Of a stretch of 64,000 nt of DNA, positions 41,201 to 53,980 are shown in pieces. Source of the stretch: Ramazzottius varieornatus (taxonomy: Eukaryota > Animalia > Tardigrada). The DNA is taken from the NCBI GenBank assembly GCA_001949185.1, contig BDGG01000003.1:2111663-2175662 (forward strand), read 5' to 3'. How positions within the stretch are numbered: position 1 is the first letter of the stretch; each line of letters starts with the position of its first letter. A program made the translations under genes and the position numbers. Below the pieces are notes generated by a model. It did no database searches. It saw nothing but the letters and a program-made list of their open reading frames with translations, and had not been told where the DNA came from.

Positions 41201-42402
41201 GCACGTTTCGTTCGCCTAGCTCCCCAATTAATACAGTACACCTGGATAATGCAGTACCTTGAGCAATCCCACCGTCGATGAGATCATGCTTGGACACAAC
41301 ACTGTCGTAGAAGGGGCCACCATTATGAACCATAACGACCTACGAAGAGATTCGTGTTCGAACTACAGAACTACAGTATCAGTTAGGTTAATATACATGG
41401 CTCGTCGACCAGTGCGGGATACGACTGTCACCCCGACGGACCTTATCATGGAATCCGTTGTGAGAAATGGCCGTGGGTTCCGTATTCTGGCCGTAGTAGA
41501 CCAGGAAGTCTCGCCTTGAGATGAAAACATGTTAAAAAAATCCTTTGCGTAGTCGAAAAGAGTAACGGCGAACCCGTCAGATGACCCAGGAAACGAAAAG
41601 ACACCTACTTGTACAGCAGAGACATGGCCTCGATCTCCATGATCGGTTCTCTAGGGGAGAACTGTCAACAAGAAAACCTGCTTCACACAAAAGCACGTGA
41701 AGACCGAATGGTGCGTTACCTTGAGACCACCGGACAGCAACCCTTCCAGGTATTCGGACCAAGTCATATCCTTGTGATTCTCCTCGAAATCCTACGAAAC
41801 AAGGAAATGCAGTTTAGAACTAAGACGTGGGCAAATGAATTGAACCGGATCGCCGCCTAAAGTGACGCAGATTGTTATTCATATTGGCTGAAAGTATGCG
41901 CCACTAGGGAAAACGATCCGGTCCAGTTCATTTGCCCACGACTGAAACAAGTCTCCGTCCTAATTTCGGAAGAGATGATCAAAATTACGTGGTGGATAAA
42001 AAACCGAACTTACCGGGAGGAACTGCTTAGAATGGCGACGCATGTACCGAGCGCAAGCTTCTCGAACTTTCGGGTGGAAGAACTGACACTCGAAGACCTG
42101 TTCTGCCACCACTCGGAAGACGGAGAAAGCATCTCTGGGGATCCGCTTTTTGTACCTGTGGAATAAGAATCACACAATCAAAAAGAAAACTTCAGGAAGT
42201 AGTAGTTATTTCCTGGAACGAAGACTCGAGGAAATGAGACTCACAGTCCCTGTTCGTCCATGATATCGTCGATGGGTTCTCGCGGGATACGATGGTGGTG
42301 GAATAACGCGCCATGAGGTCTGCGGAAACGGGGCTGAGGACCGAAATTCCCGCGATGACCATTTCCGGACGGTTCATCCACAGGTTCCGTGGATCGATCC
42401 AT
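38284..42402 (-). CDS. otu: Ovarian tumor (Otu)/OTUD4/ALG13-type OTU + Tudor protein, many exons, catalytic residues substituted
   Basis: EPIDDIMDEQGLYKKRIPRDAFSVFRVVAEQV, EIEAMSLLYKRDFLVY, FYDSV..AQALVYEILYKDL, PAFPYKVAKSLEAKIYRNVDFDQW, a Tudor-like GLIQEV..GDIEIFIASVG and a Pro/Gln-rich tail; 3' exon inferred. Confidence 0.8.
38987..39171. repeat. Hairpin/MITE family A copy 5 (otu intron) with duplicated right arm
   Basis: GACGTCGGCAAA...AAGTGGCGCAC-N25-GTGCGCCACTTG; a second right arm ends TTTGCCGACGTC. Confidence 0.7.
40203..40317. repeat. Hairpin/MITE family A copy 6 (otu intron)
   Basis: CGTCGGCAAA...AAGTGGCGCAC-N25-GTGCGCCACTG...TTTGCCGACG. Confidence 0.75.
41108..41220. repeat. Hairpin/MITE family A copy 7 (otu intron)
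   Basis: GCTGGGC...GAGTGGCGCAC-N24-GTGCGCCACTG...GCCTAGC. Confidence 0.7.
41826..41940. repeat. Hairpin/MITE family A copy 8 (otu intron)
   Basis: CGTGGGCAAATGAATTGAACCGGATCG...AGTGACGCAG-N25-ATGCGCCACT...CGATCCGGTCCAGTTCATTTGCCCACG. Confidence 0.75.
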
Positions 42403-43065
42403 GGCTGGATACTTCCTCGCAGACTGAGAGCAGAAACGGATGGAAGGAATATCTGATGAACAGCCTTCTTCGCCGAGGAAAACAGAATGGAAATCGATAG
42501 GGAAATGAAGGACTGAATCCGTGAAGCCGTGCAACAACCGAAATCTAAAGGAGCTGGAAAGAGAAAACACATCTAAACAAGCAAACCTTTCGTCAGCTTT
42601 CGATGAGTTGAATGAAAGTTTTCCCATACAAAGAAAAACTGAGTCAACTATGAATCTGGGAAAATGAGGCCACAACAGCTGGTGGACAATGGGAAAAGGC
42701 AAGACCCTGTTACGTCACAAAGGAGCCGCAAGTCCGGTTGCGGCTTTGAGGAAGCAAAGCCGAAGGAGCCACTCCCCTAGAGTCACCACGTGGAGCCATC
42801 CGAACCACATTAAGCCACAACGAGGGAACGGAAGGAACAGTCGGTGAGGCCTCCAGAGTTTACTCCATCTGAACTGGACAGTGGACAGTAACACGTATCT
42901 TGTATCAACCAGCCAGCATCTCGAGACTCCGCTTGTACGAAGATCAATCAAAGGAATCCAAGACATTCAGAGAAGGAAATGAGGAAAAGGAGAAAAGACG
43001 GGCAAAATAGTCACAGGGATGATAACAAAGGAACTTCAAGGAATTAATCCGCTAGGTCCTCGATC

Positions 43066-44855
43066 TTACAGGGCTAATTCTCTTCTAAAGCGAGCTAACT
43101 CGTACCGATCGATGCCATTCAATTTGAAAGTAATCAAGGTATAGACTATCCCGGCCACAACGAAGTAAGCCAAAGCCAGGAAAGAGGACCATATCAACCA
43201 GATCCAGAAACACACGGCGAAAGACCAGACAATCACTGATAGGTACAGCAAAGGAATATCGTTTAGTCGGCGACCCTGGAGGTTGTCCGAGAAAGCCAGC
43301 CGCGAGTAGAACTCACCCAGCTGGACGTCCTTCCGTGCCCAGCAGTCGAACAGCCACTGCTCCAGCTCTGGTTGCGAGTCGGGAGAAGGGAGTTCTGAGA
43401 CTGCGTAGCGCTTGACGTGGAAGTAGATGGACCTGGGTGGTCCTTTGGTGAAAAGGTCCTTCTCGCTCTGGATGATGTCTTCAGGGTACACTACTGCGAT
43501 GTCGTAGATAGCATCCAGCAGATCATCTACAAAGTAAAACTGTTAGCTATTTTATCGAAAAAAGAATCAGAGACGGTAGATAAGCGTGAAGAGGAAATGT
43601 TACGTCTGATGACCGTATCAAGTTGCGCACTGCATAGGGAAAATCCTACTGATAGTGTGCCACTTGATCAGATTTGTGCCGACAGTTAAGCCAGAGCATT
43701 CCTAACTTAAGTCCCAACTGCTTACTTTTTCGCATTGTTTCGTAAAGGAATGTGAAACCACGAACTCTAGGGTACAGACAGTGTTCAAGCTTTGGTCGAC
43801 CGTTTGTCAGGGCGAAGGCGTCACTTCGCCCGCGAGATTTCGGGTTCAAGTCTGTTCCTTCGGGAAACAGCAACATCTAAGATAACACAGAAAATCACAA
43901 ATTGCAGGTATTCAAAGACCAAAAACCAAGCAAAAATTACGTTGACTTTGCGTCCGTCATGCTTGATGTACTCGACGGAATCTTTGAATAGAACTGTAAA
44001 AGAGAAACCAGTTAATTCGTGAATATCGAAGAGGAAGTAAATAGCATCGAACGTGCTTTGGTCGTTCTCCCACTTCCGGTCGAGGAAAAGGAAACCCGCA
44101 GTCTGCATCGACCACCCAGAGCCTGGCAGGAACTTGAGATCCTTCTTGAGAATAATTTTGTGGCGTGGTAAGGCATGAGGGAAGAGTGCGGTCCACAAGA
44201 ACAACCAGTCCAACCTACGACCGGGAAAATCAATGTCATATTGATTACGCTTTACTGCCTTCAAAAATCAATGTACAGCTTCGTTGCGAAGCTAAGCGCT
44301 AGTGCAAATATCACACTAAAGGAGAGAGCTGTTGAGCAAGACAGCAAAAGCATCGCAGAAAGTAAACAACAATGGGCATGCAGAGTCCAAAAGGGCGGAA
44401 GATGGACCGACCATAGTTACCTTGTTCGATGGTTCATGATAATCATCGAATTCTCTGCCGGGTTGATTTCGTCCCCGAAGACCGTGACTTCCACGCCGCA
44501 CATGATGTGTAGTAATGCCTGGAAGAACAAGATTAAAATTAAAACGTAAGAACAAACGAAGAATGTGTTATGTGTCTCACCATGCTAAATTGCTAACTAA
44601 CACTCGATCAACAAGAAAATAACATAAAAATCATTTTGATGCAACAACACTTACGATAGGATACGACTCCCATACGGCGATAATATGGTCCACCAGCCAT
44701 CTCCACAGCTTGCGGTTGATGAGAATCAAAGGTAGGGTAGGAAATAGGACAAAGACAGCTCCGAGCGAACTGCTAAGGATCATCAGTATGCAGAACATGA
44801 AACCTCTGATCCTCCCCAGAACGGGAATTCTGCTAGCTGCTGCAGGGCTCTCCAT
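43066..44855 (-). CDS. LCLAT1: Lysocardiolipin acyltransferase 1, multi-exon
   Basis: IIMNHRTRLDWLFLW (HX4D), KIILKKDLKFLPGSGWSMQ..FLFLDRKWEND, LLFPEGTDL, HCLYPRVRGF, LDAIYDI.V.YP and C-terminal TM helices. Confidence 0.93.
43603..43684. repeat. Hairpin/MITE family A copy 9 (LCLAT1 intron, shortened)
   Basis: TCAAGTTGCGCAC-N24-GTGTGCCACTTGA. Confidence 0.6.
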
Positions 44856-45234
44856 GTTGGTCAGCCTACAGTGCTGTAACGAGGGATTTAGGGCAATCTT
44901 CGGATAGATGATCGCCGTGGAGTGGGGATGACTGGCCGACTGACCGGCTGACAAGCATAGCCCGCCAGAAGAGAAGACTTCAACCGGAAACAGAAAATTC
45001 TGTAGAACAGTTACAATCAAGAAACTGCGATAACCGAGAAGACTTCTAATACGTCACTTCTTATACCTATGAGTTATATGTATGTTTCCATCAGCTGCGT
45101 TCCTACTCATATGTCGTAACTCGTAACTGAACTTATTGCCGTCGATCTTCCCAACCTCCCTTTCTTGCTTCCTGCAACAGCTTGCCAGAAACAGCGCGGA
45201 ATCTGGTCGGCAAAGCTGTACGTACTCAGTTGCA

Positions 45235-48200
45235 ATGGCCGTCTTAGCAGCTGTGGGAAGAAGAGCGCAGAGGAGCATCCATTTCCGGTGAGTGACTTCG
45301 TAACTAACAGCATTCCCGTCTTGGACAAAATGACGTGCTGTGAACATATTTTGCAGCAACAGGAACTTATTTCATCATCGAACCCTTCATCAAACTACAT
45401 CTGAAACAAATCAAGCGCATGCGAAGCCGCAGGCGTCGCCATCCGCAAGTACAAAACGGCTTGTGAAGAAGTTCATCACCTGTTGCTTTCCCTTATCTGC
45501 ACTGACCGTACGGTCCGTGCCTCGCCTAGCCATTCAAGAAAACATGTTGCCCTAGGTGGGTTTTCCCGGATACTCATCGCAAATCGAGGTGAGATTGCGT
45601 GTCGGATAATCCGGACTGCGAGGAAGATGGGCATCCAGACAGTGGCAGTATACAGCGAGCCCGACCGGAAGTCGCTCCATGTTGATATGGTACGTTCACT
45701 GACCTGTCAGGCACTATGTGTGAAACATCGTCTCAGTCGTGTTGCATGTGCTGTACGTCTAGGCTGACCAAGCGTGTCACATAGGACCTGCTTCGTCGAA
45801 CGAGAGTTACCTGAACCAGCAAAGAATCATCGAGTCCGCTATGAAGACAGGCGCACAAGCCATCCATCCTGGTTACGGCTTTCTAAGCCAAAGTCCGGAA
45901 TTTGCTCAGCTGTGTGCAGGTAGGTCCTTGCTTACCGCTTTCTGCTTGGACTATGGAGTATTTTCATCATTGCGTGATACATCGTAACCTTGGTGTGTTC
46001 GTAGATAACGGAATTATCTTCATTGGTCCTTCGCCAAGAGCCATTGGCGACATGGGCATAAAGAGCACATCGAAGACTTTGATGGAGAACGCCGGCGTCC
46101 CCATCATCAAAGGGTATCATGGAGATGATCAGAGCATTCAGAAATTGAAATTTGAAGCGAAGAAGATCGGCTTTCCGGTGATGATCAAAGCATTTCGGGG
46201 TGGAGGAGGAAAGGTACGATACTGCAGCATTCGGTAACCATCGAATATCTGATATGCTCTAGTCCTTGTGGTTATATTGTTGTAGGGAATGCGCGTAGCG
46301 CTGAGTGAGGAAGAGTTTGAGCAACAACTCGAATCCGCCAAAAGAGAATCGATGAAGTCTTTTGGAGATGACGCTATGCTGGTGGAGAAATACGTTCAGC
46401 GACCTCGGTTAGTACAGACAAGTGAGAGATTTATTCTGCTAGCCTCCACGCTTTTTCTTCCTTGATGGGGTATCTCTTGTTTCAGACACGTCGAGGTACA
46501 GGTCTTCGGAGACCATCACGGTAACTGCGTTTACCTCTTCGAGCGCGACTGCAGTGTACAAAGAAGGCACCAGAAGATCATCGAAGAAGCACCAGCTCCT
46601 GGTATCAGCGAGGAAACTCGAAGATCCATTGGTGAAGCAGCCGTAAAAGCCGCAAAGGCTGTTGACTACGTCGGAGCGGGTACCGTCGAGTTCATCCTTG
46701 ATCCCGTACGGCACGAGTTTTTCTTTATGGAGATGAATACGCGCCTTCAAGTCGAACATCCCGTGACGGAAATGATCACTGGCACGGACTTGGTAGCGTG
46801 GCAGCTCAAGGTAGCAAGACCGTGCTCAATGTTGGATTATTGTGAAAAACTTAATGAAAAAAATAGTTGATTGACATTAGGTGGAAGAAAACTTGAGAGG
46901 TTACTACTCTAGTTAATATCTCTTAACAAAAGTTTGAGTAGGATTACAGCTATAACTGCTGTTGCTCGAAGGTGGCGGCTGGTGAGCGACTTCCGCTTCT
47001 CCAGAAGGACCTCCAGATTCGCGGACATTCCTTTGAAGCTCGTGTGTACGCGGAGAACCCTGAAGATAACTTCATGCCTGGTGCGGGTTCTCTAACACAT
47101 CTCTCCCAAGATTTCGACCTGAAAGACTACGGTGGAACCATCAGGGTGGAGAGCGGTGTGCGGCAAGGCGACCAGGTTTCTGTCCATTACGACCCGATGA
47201 TTGCTAAGTTGGTGGTATGGGGAGAAGATAGAAGCTCGGCGTTACGGAGACTTCGAAGCGTTCTTACTGGATACCATGCAAGTATTTTCAGTCCAGTACC
47301 TAAAAATAACAGAAAATATTTGCTTGGTTGTGTTGTACAATCCGTGTTCGGCATTGAAAATTATCACAAACACAGTACGTACTTTGCGAGCCTGCATACA
47401 GCTACCTGTAAGTTTTTCACTAGCTCTTAGTATGCAGGTGCGCGATGCGATGTTCATTTCGCAGTTCGATATTATGAGTGGGTTTGTTTCCCCGTAGATC
47501 TCGGGACTGTCGACGAACATCAACTTCCTCACTCGTCTGTGCGATAACGCGGCTTTCCAAGCTGCCGATGTCAGCACCGACTTCATCAAAGAGCGCCATT
47601 CCGAACTGTTCCCCGAAGGACAGTCGCCTTCGCCTGAACAGCTAGCCGGGGCTGCCGTCGCTTTAAGTATCCAACCGAAGGTTGTCCAGTCAGATGGATC
47701 AGCTGCAGCGCGGAATGACCCATTTGATACCATCAAGAACTGGAGGTTGAATTACAACCACAGCCATATTGTTAAACTGAAGCAGAAGGGTAAAGAGTAC
47801 GATGTGAGGGTGATTTCAAAAGGCGGAAGTGACTACCGAGTGAGCACTAGCGGTAAAGATATGAAGGTCGAAGTCGCTGTTGAAGACCTGAATGGCAGCC
47901 AACAGTTCCATATCACTGTGGATGGCACAACGTCCAGATTCAGCTTCGTCCGCGACCAGGCTAAAGTGATGCTCTTCACTCAGGTATGAAAGTTTGAAGC
48001 TCGGCGCACAGAATCGACATGTTCGTTCTTCCAAGTGGCGCACGCTTCCGGTGTTGTTGACCGAAAGCATGTGACACTTGAAGAAAACGATCTTGTCGAT
48101 TGTTTTCCCCAAGTCTGTTCCGAGCAGAATACTGTAAAGATTCCAGGATAATTTATGGCGAATAATTGAATATTATTCTTCAGGATGGGAATGTTGAGTT

Positions 48201-48553
48201 CGAAGTTCCCGCCTTCAAGTACGAATCTCTCTTGGCGTCAAAAGAAAGTGGCGCAGATGAAGCACGGGCGCCCATGCCGGGTGTCATCGAGAAAGTTATG
48301 ATACACCCTGGTCAGAAAGTCGAAGCTGGACAACCTCTAATCGTTATGATTGCGATGAAGATGGAAGTAGGTTTGGTTGTTCGTAATCTTTTGTAGATCT
48401 CAATGCTCTTCTGCGTTTCCATTCTCTTGCTTCTCGTAGTACGTCATCAAGGCACCCAGGGGTGGAGTGATTAAGAAGATCCCCGTGAAACAAGGAGAGA
48501 ACGTGAAGAAGAATGCCCAACTGGTCTACTACGAGGATCAAACGGCGTCTTAA
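45235..48553 (+). CDS. MCCC1: Methylcrotonoyl-CoA carboxylase alpha subunit (mitochondrial), multi-exon
   Basis: Presequence [102 protein letters not shown] and the biotin site MIAMKME. Confidence 0.93.
47999..48125. repeat. Hairpin/MITE family A copy 10 (MCCC1 intron)
   Basis: AATCGACATGTTCGTTCTTCCAAGTGGCGCAC-N25-ATGTGACACTTGAAGAAAACGATCTTGTCGATT. Confidence 0.7.
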
Positions 48554-49118
48554 TGTGGAACGTACAGTAAGAAGAAACAGATAAGTTTTAGTTTTATTGC
48601 CTTTAGCCTTGCTCAAAATACTCAATCGGTTAAAATCTTGCTGTTAGGCTGAGAGAATTCTCGTTTTAGCGTTTTATTTTAATCTCATGATTGGCGAACT
48701 AAGAAACTAACATTCTTCTCTTGTGCTCAAATTTAGAATATAATGCCCGCATTTTTGAATCTCTGCCTGGTTTTTCCACGTTAACCCCGCGTTAATCACT
48801 CCTTATGTTGAGCAAGTTCTCTCCACAAATGTGCTTTTAAAGACCGGGCAGCCGGAAACGGAAGTCCTTTACCAACACTTCCCGCTATTTCGGGACGGAC
48901 GATTGTTGCTACGGGTTACATGAAATTCCAGAGAGCTTGAGGAGGATGCGCAAGAGCAGACACCGAGCTTGGCGGTAATCAAAGCCGAAAACCGACGAGA
49001 TCGCACCGAATAGCTTCGTTGATTTTCTTCTCAAGCAAGGAATTGGTTGTGCATGAAAGCGTTCTTTTATTCTACGGTGAATATTTGATGTGGTCTGGAC
49101 GGTGATTGGACGGCGTGG

Positions 49119-52100
49119 ATGTCTTCAGGTATACATACGCAGTGCGAGATTCGAATCCGCCAACGTTGGCCCGAGTACGGAAGATCATTCTTTTCTCTTC
49201 CTCGTTTCATTCCGTAGTCTTGGTTTATATGCATTGTCCGTGGTATAATTGCAGGTGATAGTGATTTTCCGGAATTCACTTCGCGTCTGGAATTCCTCAA
49301 CCGCCGATTCGCCATGCACCACGGCGATAGTGCTTCTGTCACCGAACCACCTTTGGGCTTTCCTCAGAATGCCAAAATCCAGGTACTCCTTGGAAAGATG
49401 GACCAAATTTTTCATACCTTCTGTCAGTTCTTATATCGATGTGTCATGTGTGAGAAATTTTACGCTATGGTTACTTCATGGCTGTCCGTAGGCGGAAGTT
49501 AACCCGTTGCTGAACTCTACTTACTACGGCCAAAATAGCCCACCGGTGTATCCGAAAAACCCTATCTGGTCGAAGGCTCCTCCATCGTAAGCACATGGTC
49601 GCCTCTTGTTTTCCTGTTTACCACCCTGAGGTGGCTTAGCTTCTTTCGAGTGACATTTCATGAGTTGTTTCTGGTCACAGTGCAAGTGAAATTCCTCAGC
49701 AGCAGTTTGTCCCACGCGTAACAAACGGAGCACGGTTATTTCATTCCGTACCGATGTCCCCTACCTTTCAGTATTCGTTACCGGTGATATCTCAAGGCAT
49801 CGCTTCATATTCACACCGAGAACTGAGCTCCAGGTACGGAATTCGTTCCACCAAACTCAGCGAAATAGTTTTGAATATTTGGGACGTAGGCAAATGATTT
49901 CACCAAGATCGCTGGTTCAAGGGGCGCACTTTTGCGTTGCTACTGGCCAAGAGCGTGCGTCACTTGGGAAAGTGATCTGGGAGAACCCATACCGACATTT
50001 CATTTTATGAAGATGTTCTGAATATTTCTCGAATATTTGATATTGTGAGACATCGTTTTGCTGTAGGCAAGGCGAAATTTTTTCCGAAGAACCCGAGTTT
50101 CATCATGATGAAACTGATGCAGCGAATGAACAGCTTTCGCAGGCCTTGCAGAGCTCTCACGAGTTTGACAAGATGGCATTCCAAGCAGTTACTTCCGCCA
50201 TTGAAGATCTTCAAAACAGAGGCATCCTCACAGTTTCGGAACAGACTCCGAGCGAAGCCATGTCATTTCATCTTAACGCCAACGCGTCCAAGTTTTTCCT
50301 GACGGATCATGTAACTAACACTTTCGCTCATCAAGACTTCGATGCTGATGTTCAGCCCAGCTTGTCAGGTGCTGCCAAGGAGGATGCGAGAGTCGAAGCA
50401 GCGCCACCTAGCACGAGCAACCACGTTGAAAATTCAGCCTCATTTTCGGTAACTGATACTAAAATACTTGCCTAAAGCAAAACAGGTTAAACTAAAGTCT
50501 CAGTGTTGCATTTAGTTTCAGTTCCAGACTGGTAAGATATCGGTTCTTAATTCAGTTTCACCAGCCCAGTCGAGTTCTTGGTTCCTGCTCTAAAATTTTC
50601 CACTCACAAATCCTACGCACAAAATCTGATCTAACTAAGTTGAAATCAGCTTTTTGTCTGATTTTGGCAGGATTTTGTTCAGAAAAGGCCATGAATTGGC
50701 ACGAAAAGAGCTTTTAATCCAGGTAGAACCTGTTATCGAGAGATGAGCTTTTTTTGTCCGGCGAACCAGAGATGTGGCTGGGCTGGCAGACTAGACTTCG
50801 GGACTAGACTGAATCAACTGTCTAGTCCCTCGGACTGAAACTGAAAACAAAGAGAATGATTTGCTCAGGCAGAGACTCAGGCAAAACTAGAGCGAGAGGC
50901 AACTGTAGCTCCTATGTGAAGACTGAAGCTAAAATGCGTGGTTATCAGTTTCAGTCTCTGGGACTAACAAGAGAAATGCGGGAAGTCCTTCCTGGATCCT
51001 TCAGTTTCCGTTTTCCCAAAAACAGAGGAGGATCTCGGGTACCTTTATGAGGCGTCGGGATCGGCGGAATACCACACCCTAAAGTCGATAATCTTTTAGA
51101 ATGTGTGGCAAACACGTTTCGAAATTCTTTTGAGTTGAGATATGGTACTCCACCGACAACGATGCTTCATAGTGGTACTTGAGAACGTCCTTCATTTTTG
51201 GGAAAACGAAAACCAAAGGATTCGGGCAGGGTCCTCCCGCACTTCCCTTGTCAGTTCCACGGACTGAAAATCGATATTCCATACATTTCAGTTTCAGTCT
51301 CAGAACCAAATTGAAATCTCTGGGAGATTCGATTTTATAAGTCTGACTAAGACTCGTTGGAGAGAGGCCCAATTCAGTCTAGTCGGACTGAACTGGCATA
51401 CTTCGAGTGTGAATTTTTAGCAGTCCCACGAGACTTGGAACTAAATGTCCGACTGAAACTGAATACAACACTGTAAAGTGTACGAAAAATATGTGAGATA
51501 TGAGAGCTCGGCAAACAATTCGGCACGGCTGTTTCCCCAAGCGGCGTACGTTTTTCGTGTTACTGGTCGAAAGAATGCGCCGCTTTGAAAAACGATCTTG
51601 TCCGAGTTGCCTAGGTCCCACTTGAATAGCACGTAAGTGGATGAATTAGTATGAGACTGCGACCCTAAGTCTTTTCCCCGCAGGGTGTTTACAGTGAAGT
51701 TAGCGCCCAGTCCGCTGAAGCTCCCATCGTCATCTTCTCCGACTCGCATAAAGACAACAAAGTCCTAGCCATGCTAAAGTTCTTGGTCAAGTACACCGAC
51801 ATGGAAGTGGGTCCTGCCTGGTTGGCCCGCTTCCTCAAACAGCCCATGCCCGACGAAGTCCGCGAACTGCGCCAATTGTTCGACGCTATGAACATGTCGG
51901 AGAGAATGGATCGTTACTGGCGATGCACGCAGAAACAGCGATACAAAGAACATTTTGGATGGCTACACTACCTCGAACCTATCAACACCCAAATGTGGTT
52001 GACCAAACTGTACCATAGAGTAACCAGACCGAATAGTTATCTAAGACGTAAAGCTCTGTGGCGGTCAGTCTGTTACGGCGGACCTTTCTTGTATCCACAT

Positions 52101-53626
52101 TATGAAACAGCGGTCAACGTTACTCCGTCACCGTCAGTACAGCAAACCAGGCAACCCATGTCAGTTAGCGCAGAGAATATTCAGATCGAGTCGGTTGATC
52201 AGACTAGCATGAGTAACATTTTACCAGCAGCCGAACAAGATGCTACAAAGGCACAGCAGAGTACAGAAGAGGCGTTCGCCGAATGGGTGAAGAACTCGGG
52301 TGGGAACCTGCGAGTAACAATTGACTATGCGTGGAGTGAGCTGCAGGATGGCGGGGACCTGAAGACGGATGAGGTGGAACCGTACAGGATGGAGCTCGTG
52401 ACGTCGTTGAATGAACTAGAGCATGCCATACAGACGTTCGGGCTGGATGGAAAGCACATCGGGAATGACGACGCGGCGGTGTATGCGGGAGTATTGCTGA
52501 GGTTCACGCAAGCCCTGCATGATTACTTAGAGATGAAGGATAAAGCGGAAGAGAACATACGGCAGGAGGAGTCGAAGAAGAACGAGGAGCCGGGTCACAA
52601 TACAGACGTAGAGACTGGAGAAGAAAATGAAGAAGAGCGAGTCGAAACAGCGGAAGATGCCGGGGAAGCCAAATTGACTACCGACGTCGCATCTGATACC
52701 CGTAAGTCAGAAAACCGGCAAAGATTACGTATTTCTGCAAACAAGGATATCGGCAATGAATACGCGCATATGGATTTCTCAGGTGGCGCACGGTCTCAGC
52801 CAATAACACTGGGAATGTGCGCCACTTGGAGAGACAATATTGGCGACTTTTTTCGCCCAGTGCGTTTGGATGTTAACGTGCGTCACTTGATTTAATGATC
52901 TGGCAGACATCATTAGCCGCCGTCCCGGTTACGTACCACAGTAAACTTTAAAACTGAAAATGAAGTCCGGAAAGTAAAATCACATTCGATTTCATAGAGT
53001 TTAGTTAGAAAATATAATTCCCGTTATAGAGCTTCTGGAGAAAGCGGTATCGGATTACGAGAAGACCAAGAGACTTCTGCAGTACTTGGATGAGGTAGTT
53101 GGAAGCACCCCAGGTATTTCGCTAGCGGCGTCGGTTACAGACGAGGACGGTAACGCTATCGCTGGGCCTGGTCTCGTCATTTCGGGAGGCACAGTAACGG
53201 AGGAGCATGCGGAAGTGGCACCAACCGAGATCCACGAAGCTAGCGGACCTTTGCTGAGCGCGCGTGGACGCTTCTATGAACGGCGAGCCTCCGAGTATGC
53301 CTTTTGAATGAACCTTTCTGTGGAAGTGAACTCCTGTATATTTGTTTTTGTGTTGCTTTCCAGCACACTACTCCATTCGACCAAGTCGCGGACCCTGAAC
53401 CAAACCGACTCGATGTTCAGCACATTCGATCGAATGAATGAATCCAGCTTTCGTTTCAATGATAACTTCAATGGAGACTATGAGAAGTCCGGGAACGATA
53501 CTTCAGTGTTGGACAAAAGCTTGACAGGTATTTTATGCTGTGAAGGCTTCATCGTACCTTCCAGTTAGAGGTTTTTGTGTGTTTGTAGCGCTTTATACCG
53601 AAGTGATGCAATCGATTCTCCGTTGA
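49119..53626 (+). CDS. Uncharacterised acidic protein, about 750 aa, 9 inferred exons
   Basis: Exons ~49119-49128, 49255-49382, 49492-49586, 49681-49833, 50067-50448, 51684-52701, 53030-53294, 53364-53527 and 53589-53626 join in frame via GT-AG; no family recognised. Confidence 0.65.
49884..49998. repeat. Hairpin/MITE family A copy 11 (intron of orphan gene)
   Basis: ACGTAGGCAAATG...CAAGGGGCGCAC-N25-GTGCGTCACTTG. Confidence 0.65.
50501..51473. mobile_element. Non-autonomous hAT element (intronic) with GACTGA/TCAGTC subterminal repeats
   Basis: 22-bp TIR CAGTGTTG(C/T)ATT(T/C)AGTTTCAGT; 8-bp TSD TAAAGTCT / TAAAGTGT (7 of 8). Confidence 0.85.
51506..51614. repeat. Hairpin/MITE family A copy 12 (intron of orphan gene)
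   Basis: CAAGCGGCGTAC-N25-ATGCGCCGCTTT; the T-to-C change in the left arm is matched by A-to-G in the right arm. Confidence 0.65.
52748..52890. repeat. Hairpin/MITE family A copy 13 (intron of orphan gene) plus an extra half site
   Basis: TCTCAGGTGGCGCAC-N25-GTGCGCCACTTGGAGA; extra GTGCGTCACTTGA at 52878. Confidence 0.7.
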
Positions 53627-53980
53627 AAGTTCCTATGTTGCAGACAACCACGTAGCTCAAGATGACGGAAAGAACTTTGTGTTGCACTCGACGCAAGGCG
53701 AGTCCTCTAGAACTCTCGGAAGAAGCTCGAATCCTTCTTCGGCGGTAAAACCCGTAAATATGAATATAAAAGAATATTAAAAGGGAGTTTCTGCATGCGT
53801 ATAGCAGAAGTTACTGGTTTTTTTGGTTTTTTTTCTGTTGATTACTCGCAATTTCATTCGGTGAACTTTTCTTCTGTCCTCACTCGTAATGTCTTTCATG
53901 ATTGGTTTCCTTCCCAATATATTTTCTCGAAAACGGAAACGCGTGGATTCAAGGCAGAACAGAAGGGTGAACTAAAACTG

